11,633 nucleotides of DNA from Candidatus Hodarchaeum mangrovi (GTDB lineage: Archaea; Asgardarchaeota; Heimdallarchaeia; Hodarchaeales; Hodarchaeaceae), in contig JAEOUE010000237.1 of assembly GCA_016839515.1 (NCBI GenBank), positions 1 through 11,633 on the forward strand. Reading direction: 5' to 3'. The translations under genes were made by a program, and so were the position numbers. Below are positions 6,293-11,633 of the stretch, in pieces; the stretch's first letter is position 1; each line of letters starts with the position of its first letter. The notes below the pieces were generated by a model. That model saw nothing but the letters and a program-made list of their open reading frames with translations. It searched no databases and had not been told where the DNA came from.

Positions 6293-7888
6293 TTGTGTAA
6301 AATTGTGACCAAAGCCAATATTGAGAATATAAATGTGTTATTAAATTCTGGAAAGTTTGAACTAGCTTTGAAACAAATAAATCAACTTCTTTCCAGTAAA
6401 CTGCCTTTTGAAGATCAAATTAGAATTAAAATTCTAAAAGCAAGATACTATGTCAAACAAGGGCAGTTCCAGAATACTTTAAATATTGCTGAATCATCCT
6501 TAAAAGAAATTGAGTCTATAAATCAGGATAGATTAGTGATTGAGATTTTATCATTGATTTCAGAAGCCTATTGGAGAATGGGAAAACTTAAAGAAAGCTG
6601 GGAGGCAATTAAAAGGGCAGAAATACTAATTAAAGAATATAAACAAAATGATATTACTTTTCAAGAAGGAAATATTCAACATAATAAAGGATCTATATAT
6701 TTACGCGAGGGGAGGCTTGATGAAGCAATTAAATGTTTTTCTGACGCTTTAACAATCAGAAATCAAATATCAAATAATTTATATGGTATTGGTGAAACTC
6801 TTAATTCATTAGGTGTTGCTTATTACTATAAAGGTCAACTAACGAAAGCACTTGAATATTATAAAGAATCGCTAAATATAAAACAGAAATTGGGCAATAA
6901 ACAACAGATTGCAATTGCTTTGAACAATATCGGAGATGTCTATCATACCCAAGGTGAACTTAATCTGGCATGGAACTATTATAATCAAGGTTTAGATTTA
7001 TTCAAAGAGACAGGTAATAATGAACATATCTTTTCAGGCTTACATAATTTGGGAAAAGTCTTTTATCAGAAAGGGGAATTTGATACGGCACTAGAGTATT
7101 TTGATAAGGCCTTAAAAGTTGTCGAAGTATTTGATAATAAAATCAGCCTTTCAGAAAACCTATTTCATCAAGTTGTTGTATCAATTGAAAAAAAAGATAT
7201 AGAACTAATAGATAAATATGCAAATTATCTTAAAGCAATAGCTGAGAAGACAGAGAATAAAATAATCAAGCAGCGTTATTTAGTTTCACAAGCATTAATC
7301 CTAAAAGAAAATCCGCAGGTGAAGGATAAAATTAGAGCGAGGGAAATATTACAGAGTATTTTACAAGATGAAATCGTAAATCATGAGTTAAGAGTTTCAG
7401 TATTACTCCACTTATGTGAGTTATTACTCTTTGAACTTAGCTTAACTAAGAACCAAGAAGAAGAAAAACGTGATTTTGAGGAAATAAAAAAGCTAAGTGG
7501 AATCCTTCTTAAAATAGCCCAAGAGCAACAATTACACTCTCTTCTTTCGGAAACATACCTTCTACAATCTCGCTTAGCGATTATGGAATTTGATATTCAA
7601 AAATCCCTGGAATTAATTTCAACCGCGAATATGATTGCAGAGGACCGAGGATTAAAGAAACTTTCACAAACAATTTCATTTGAAATGGATTTATTATCTT
7701 CTCAATTAGTGGATTGGAAAATTATTCTTAAGCAAAAACCTCAGATTAAGAGTTTATCAGAACTGATACAAATCAGTGATCTTATAAATCGGATGATTAA
7801 AAAACGTGTATATAAAAATCAACAAGAATTAAACGATTATGTCTTAGATGCGAAGAAATTACTTCAATCATGGGATAGCAAAGTTTGA
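6293..7888 (+). CDS. Tetratricopeptide-repeat (TPR) protein
   Basis: 531 aa. About five ~40-aa TPRs (e.g. HNKGSIYLREGRLDEAIKCFSDAL, LNSLGVAYYYKGQLTKALEYYKESL, LNNIGDVYHTQGELNLAWNYYNQGL, LHNLGKVFYQKGEFDTALEYFDKAL) followed by a Leu/Glu-rich helical C-terminal region. Start uncertain (TTG 6293 or GTG 6305). TATA-like TTTTATAC at 6266-6273, no SD. Confidence 0.9.
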   Translation: MCKIVTKANIENINVLLNSGKFELALKQINQLLSSKLPFEDQIRIKILKARYYVKQGQFQNTLNIAESSLKEIESINQDRLVIEILSLISEAYWRMGKLKESWEAIKRAEILIKEYKQNDITFQEGNIQHNKGSIYLREGRLDEAIKCFSDALTIRNQISNNLYGIGETLNSLGVAYYYKGQLTKALEYYKESLNIKQKLGNKQQIAIALNNIGDVYHTQGELNLAWNYYNQGLDLFKETGNNEHIFSGLHNLGKVFYQKGEFDTALEYFDKALKVVEVFDNKISLSENLFHQVVVSIEKKDIELIDKYANYLKAIAEKTENKIIKQRYLVSQALILKENPQVKDKIRAREILQSILQDEIVNHELRVSVLLHLCELLLFELSLTKNQEEEKRDFEEIKKLSGILLKIAQEQQLHSLLSETYLLQSRLAIMEFDIQKSLELISTANMIAEDRGLKKLSQTISFEMDLLSSQLVDWKIILKQKPQIKSLSELIQISDLINRMIKKRVYKNQQELNDYVLDAKKLLQSWDSKV

Positions 7889-7923
7889 TTGCATAGATTG
7901 ATGTGCAATCTTAAAAATTTAAA
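7887..7923. terminator. Candidate terminator region between convergent TPR and etfA genes
   Basis: Stem GATTGCATA / TGTGCAATC (7887-7895 with 7902-7910, one G.U pair on the + transcript, 6-nt loop) overlaps the TPR stop. The minus strand carries a T-rich run TTTAAATTTTT (7923-7913) downstream of the etfA stop. Confidence 0.45.
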
Positions 7924-7951
7924 CCATAAGATTAGGAATCTTTCTTGAAAT

Positions 7952-9058
7952 CTATTTCACATCGGGGAAGATATATCCTTCTTTTACCTTTTCTAAAAGT
8001 ATTGGGATGATATTTTTATAATCGTCCACAATTCCTACATCCGCGTATGTAAAAATTGGAGCATTAGGATCATTATTAATTGCAATTATTCTTTTAGAAT
8101 TTTTAATCCCTTCAAAATGTTGAATTGCTCCTGAAATTCCTACTGCAATATAATATTCGGGGCGAACAGTCCGACCAGTTTGTCCAACTTGATGTTGTCG
8201 TCCAACCCATCCAGCTTCTACAGCGGATCTACTAGCACCTAATTCACAATGTTGTCCATTAGCATTAATAGCGTTAACAAGCTCTTTTAATAGTTTAAAG
8301 GCTTCTCGTCCAGCACCATTTCCCCCAGAAACAATAATCTTTGCACGATCAAAATCAACTATATCCTGTGTTTCCTTGACACTTTCATGTACTTTTACAA
8401 TAAATTCATAGGGGGAAAAATCAATCTTAAAAAACTCAGTAGTACCTTTTCTAGATAAATCAGAGGGCATTGGGGTAAATGTACTGGGACGAACAGTTCC
8501 CATCTGAGGATATTTCCATAATTTTGGATTTCCAATAATAGTAGCAAGTTTGGCTTCAGCAAATGAAGGACGGATAAAATTAGCTACTTTTTTGTATAAT
8601 TTCAGATTTTTCTCATCATAATAATCATCAATAGCAAATCCAGTACAATCTGCTGATAAACCAACGCTACATCGAGCAGCTACCCTTGGGGCAAGATCTC
8701 TTCCAGTTGTTGTAGCGCCAAAAAGAAAAATTTCTGGTTTAAGTTTTATGATTATCTCATAAATAGCTCTTGTATATGGTAAGGTATAATAATGATCTAA
8801 CCGTTCATCATGAACAATAATGACCTTATCAGCTCCATAAGCCCACAACAATTTTGAATCTTCTTCTAGTTGTTTTTTATTTTCTCCCATATGAATTGCT
8901 GTTACGAAAGTATTAAGTTGATCAGCTAATTTCCTTGCAATTGCAAGTATCTCAAAGCTTACTTGAGCAATCTCTCCTTTAAAAGACTCAACGAATGTAT
9001 AGACACCTACTGCCTCAGTACGAAGATCTACCTCTTCATAGTGATCTTCTGTTATCAC
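7952..9058 (-). CDS. fixB: Electron transfer flavoprotein alpha subunit (EtfA / FixB)
   Basis: 368 aa, GTG start with GGAGA 9 nt upstream. Motifs GATTTGRDLAPRVA, GLSADCT, RPSF, PQMGTVRP, IVSGGNG, LGASR, QVGQTGRTVRP, YIAVGISGAIQH, IAINNDPNAPIF. Confidence 0.95.
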   Translation of the reverse strand: MITEDHYEEVDLRTEAVGVYTFVESFKGEIAQVSFEILAIARKLADQLNTFVTAIHMGENKKQLEEDSKLLWAYGADKVIIVHDERLDHYYTLPYTRAIYEIIIKLKPEIFLFGATTTGRDLAPRVAARCSVGLSADCTGFAIDDYYDEKNLKLYKKVANFIRPSFAEAKLATIIGNPKLWKYPQMGTVRPSTFTPMPSDLSRKGTTEFFKIDFSPYEFIVKVHESVKETQDIVDFDRAKIIVSGGNGAGREAFKLLKELVNAINANGQHCELGASRSAVEAGWVGRQHQVGQTGRTVRPEYYIAVGISGAIQHFEGIKNSKRIIAINNDPNAPIFTYADVGIVDDYKNIIPILLEKVKEGYIFPDVK

Positions 9059-9059
9059 T

Positions 9060-9860
9060 TTAATTTTTCTCCGTTTTTATAATCAAGTTTGATAATTCGG
9101 TTAATAGGGTGTTTACTTTGCTTTCAGAAGTTGGTCCCTCTAGGATTTTACAGGATGGACGCTCAAACTTTACTTTTCTAACTTTTGAAACAATTGTAGG
9201 GGAACCCATGATTCCTGCTTCATTGGGGAGTAATCCGATATCTTCAATAGATAATCGTTTTATCTCGTACTTCCTTGCACGTATAGCAGATTGTAATCTA
9301 GGTCCACGAGGTATATTTGCATATCTTGTTACTGTGATAAGAACGGGATAAGGGGCTTCTATTTTCTCATAACCACGTTCTACCAATCTTCGTGCCATTA
9401 CACTACTATTGTTTGCTTCTAAGTGGGTTACATATGTAATTTGATTATAGCCTAAACGTTCTGCTACTTGTGGGCCCACATGACCTGTATCTCCATCAAT
9501 AGTCTGTATACCTGCAAAAATTATCTGAAACTCCCCAATTTTTCTTATGGCAAGACTCAATGCACGTGCTGTAGCCATAGTGTCTGATCCTGCTAATCTA
9601 CTGTCAGATAACAGATATGCGTTATCAGCTCCCATTGAAAGTGCTTCACGAAGACTTTGTTCAAAACTAGGAGGTCCCATACTTAATATAGTGACTGTCC
9701 CTCCTAATTTTTCCTTAAAACGAAGTGCTTCTTCTAATGCGTGCTTACAATATGGATTCATGATCGATTTTACTCCAATACGCATCATAAAACCTTCTTC
9801 GGATGTCCTCATCTCTTTAGGTAATGGAACCTGTTTTAACAAAACAAGAATTGATACCAA
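9060..9860 (-). CDS. fixA: Electron transfer flavoprotein beta subunit (EtfB / FixA), bifurcating type
   Basis: 266 aa, TTG start with AGGAGA 8 nt upstream. Motifs KQVP, MNPY, SMGPP, ALSMGAD, LAGSDTMAT, GIQTIDGDTGHVGP and GSPT; the last two are typical of NADH-using two-FAD ETFs. Stop is 1 nt from the fixB start. Confidence 0.95.
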   Translation of the reverse strand: MVSILVLLKQVPLPKEMRTSEEGFMMRIGVKSIMNPYCKHALEEALRFKEKLGGTVTILSMGPPSFEQSLREALSMGADNAYLLSDSRLAGSDTMATARALSLAIRKIGEFQIIFAGIQTIDGDTGHVGPQVAERLGYNQITYVTHLEANNSSVMARRLVERGYEKIEAPYPVLITVTRYANIPRGPRLQSAIRARKYEIKRLSIEDIGLLPNEAGIMGSPTIVSKVRKVKFERPSCKILEGPTSESKVNTLLTELSNLIIKTEKN

Positions 9861-9909
9861 TCAGATCTTCTCCTACACATTTCTATGAAAGTTATTACAG
9901 ATTTTCCAA

Positions 9910-10200
9910 TTATCCCAATTCAAACTTAACACCAAAACTTCCTTGAGGGAAATTCCACTTCACGGAACCTTGATCACACATAAGATAACATGTTCCACAT
10001 TCAATACAGTCCTCATACCGAAAAACCATTTTATTTTCGATAAACTTAAAGCATGAAGCAGGACATCCAGCAATGCACAAATAGTGAGGACACCGAGCAC
10101 AGATCTCTTGTATAACTGTAATATGTGCGTTTTCTTCTGCATCAGTTTCATAGGTGAGAGTTCCTAATTTTTTTCTTATATCAACTTCTTGTTCTGTCAT
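9910..10200 (-). CDS. fixX: FixX/EtfX ferredoxin-like protein, two predicted [4Fe-4S] clusters
   Basis: 96 aa. HI motif, C-x2-C-x4-C-x3-CPAxC, CIECGTC-x3-C, and the FixX-type C-terminus WNFPQGSFGVKFELG. Lies 15 bp downstream of fixC. Confidence 0.95.
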   Translation of the reverse strand: MTEQEVDIRKKLGTLTYETDAEENAHITVIQEICARCPHYLCIAGCPASCFKFIENKMVFRYEDCIECGTCYLMCDQGSVKWNFPQGSFGVKFELG

Positions 10201-10215
10201 TTAAACAACACATTC

Positions 10216-11523
10216 TTAGAAATGTCTTAGTGTAATGCCGTCCCGTATTAATTGCAACCAACTAACCTGTTTTTTCTTTTTTTGGGAACGAAAAAGTTTC
10301 AAAAGGTGGTTTTTAGGCAGGCTATTCTCAGTTAGCATATCTTTGAAAATCCCAATCAATAACTCGGGATATTGCTCATAAAGCCGTGGATTACGAATTA
10401 TACTATGAATTCCCTGAAATGTTTTCAAGTCTTTCAGGATATAACTTTCTTTTAACTTCTGTTCATACTTTTTCAGGGTTTTTTTGGTGAAATCATTAGA
10501 CTTTTGAGCATGAAGAATTGTATCTGCAGCCAAAATCCCTGATGAGATAGCATAGTTTATTCCCTGAATTATAATTCCATTGGATAAGACAAACCCCGCA
10601 GCATCACCAACAACCAGAACATGGTCGTCATATAACCTAGGAAGCATATGTATTCCTCCCTCAGGTACCCAGTGTGAGCTGTATTCGACAAGTTCTGAAT
10701 TTTTAATTAGTTTTTGAATGTAAGGATGTTTTTTAAAGGATTCAAGAATATTTACAGGAGGAAAATTAGGATCATTCATCGTGTCTATTTGAGTAATCAC
10801 ACCAACTGATAATGTGTCCTTATTTGTATATAAAAATCCTCCTGATCTGATTCCTCCCATGAGTCCCCCTACAACATATTCTGAAGCCACTCCTAGCTTT
10901 GATTCGAGATTAAAACGTTCATTTATAATGCTTTCCGGAAGACGGAGAACTTCTTTTACTCCTAGAGCGTAGTGTTCTTTTTTCATTTCTCTACGTAAGC
11001 CTGATGCTAGGGTTAATCGGGAATTGGCACCATCAGCGATAATTACAACATCTGTCTGAAATTCTTCTCCTGCTTGGATGATACCGTTGAATCGCCCATT
11101 AACATCTCTAGAAAGATCATCAACAGCTATTCCCTCAAATACATTAACCCCATATTTCTCTGCTTTTTTAGATAACCACGTAACAAATTTTGTTTGAAGG
11201 ACACTAATAGCATTAGGTGGATCATGTTCCCATTCTGGAAAAGAGAGCTCCAATACAAATGAATCCTCTTTAGTAAGAAATCCAGTTCGCTTTTGAATAA
11301 TTCGCCTCTCTATTGGGGCTTCTTCCCACCATTTAGGGAGAATCTCTGAGAGACTTTGACCCCAAATCACACCACCAGAAATATTTTTCGAACCTATTGG
11401 TTTCCCACGATCAATTAGAGCCACATTCATGTCAGGATTTGCCTGCATTAACCGAATAGCTGCAGAACTTCCAGCAGGTCCTGCTCCGATAATTATCACA
11501 TCAAATTTTTCTTGTTCCGCCAT
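10216..11523 (-). CDS. fixC: FixC/EtfC FAD-dependent ETF:quinone oxidoreductase
   Basis: 435 aa. FDVIIIGAGPAG, DRGKPIGSKNISGG, APIER, IADGANS, LGVKEV, GGFLYTNKDTLSVG, KKHP, EYSSHWVPEGG, VGDAAG. Context with fixX, fixA and fixB separates it from geranylgeranyl reductase paralogues. Confidence 0.93.
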   Translation of the reverse strand: MAEQEKFDVIIIGAGPAGSSAAIRLMQANPDMNVALIDRGKPIGSKNISGGVIWGQSLSEILPKWWEEAPIERRIIQKRTGFLTKEDSFVLELSFPEWEHDPPNAISVLQTKFVTWLSKKAEKYGVNVFEGIAVDDLSRDVNGRFNGIIQAGEEFQTDVVIIADGANSRLTLASGLRREMKKEHYALGVKEVLRLPESIINERFNLESKLGVASEYVVGGLMGGIRSGGFLYTNKDTLSVGVITQIDTMNDPNFPPVNILESFKKHPYIQKLIKNSELVEYSSHWVPEGGIHMLPRLYDDHVLVVGDAAGFVLSNGIIIQGINYAISSGILAADTILHAQKSNDFTKKTLKKYEQKLKESYILKDLKTFQGIHSIIRNPRLYEQYPELLIGIFKDMLTENSLPKNHLLKLFRSQKKKKQVSWLQLIRDGITLRHF

Positions 11524-11524
11524 T

Positions 11525-11633
11525 TTATACCCTAATTTTCCTTCTCTTTCCGAGATATTCTAGCTTCATTAATGTTTTAAGCAATTTCTTAGCGAAAAAC
11601 AGAAAAATTTGAGCTACGATCTCAGAAAAGGCA
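11525..11633 (-). CDS. Possible 3' end of an upstream gene entering from outside the window (may instead be promoter DNA)
   Basis: One minus-strand frame is open from the window edge (AFSEIVAQIFLFFAKKLLKTLMKLEYLGKRRKIRV*) and ends at TAA 1 nt before the fixC ATG, the same TAA-A-start spacing as fixA/fixB. No recognisable motif. Confidence 0.25.
   Translation of the reverse strand, partial: AFSEIVAQIFLFFAKKLLKTLMKLEYLGKRRKIRV

Noticed and set aside
7928-7942. Small inverted repeat AAGATT-AGG-AATCTT
   Set aside because: A 6-bp AT-rich stem with a 3-nt loop is expected by chance.
9109-9888. Plus-strand ORFs 9109-9351 and 9547-9888
   Set aside because: Antisense shadows of fixA/etfB.
9960-10151. 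63-aa alternative-frame ORF within fixX
   Set aside because: Same-strand overlap with the clearly conserved ferredoxin frame; no motif.
7952-11523. Nitrogen fixation implied by the fix gene names
   Set aside because: No nif genes in the window, and Fix/EtfABCX systems are known in non-diazotrophs.
10216-11523. Geranylgeranyl reductase (archaeal lipid synthesis) call for the flavoprotein
   Set aside because: It has FixC-specific motifs (GSKNxSGG, GGFLYTN, HxVPEGG), lacks the GGR YxWxFP motif, and sits beside fixX and etfAB.

Overview
AT-rich, gene-dense window with no RNA genes, CRISPR array or mobile element that I can detect. It most likely comes from an archaeon of the Asgard group (Heimdallarchaeia/Hodarchaeales- or Lokiarchaeia-like); this is inferred from the style of the TPR and multi-PAS proteins and is not proven. 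From left to right it holds: (1) the 5' part of a soluble multi-PAS sensor protein on the minus strand (1313 to beyond base 1, absent from the ORF track); (2) a divergent two-gene unit, saccharopine/lysine-dehydrogenase-family oxidoreductase plus FGGY sugar kinase; (3) a convergent CaCA-family cation/Ca2+ antiporter with mixed CAX/NCX signature motifs; (4) a 445-bp divergent intergenic region with a tandem inverted-repeat array and three 14-bp palindromes; (5) a TPR protein; (6) a complete Fix/EtfABCX-type electron-bifurcating flavoprotein operon in the order fixC-fixX-fixA(etfB)-fixB(etfA), with several non-canonical residues near the presumed bifurcating FAD. The best candidates for undescribed biology are the variant Etf/Fix system, the dehydrogenase-kinase pair of unknown substrate, the hybrid antiporter and its upstream operator-like array.
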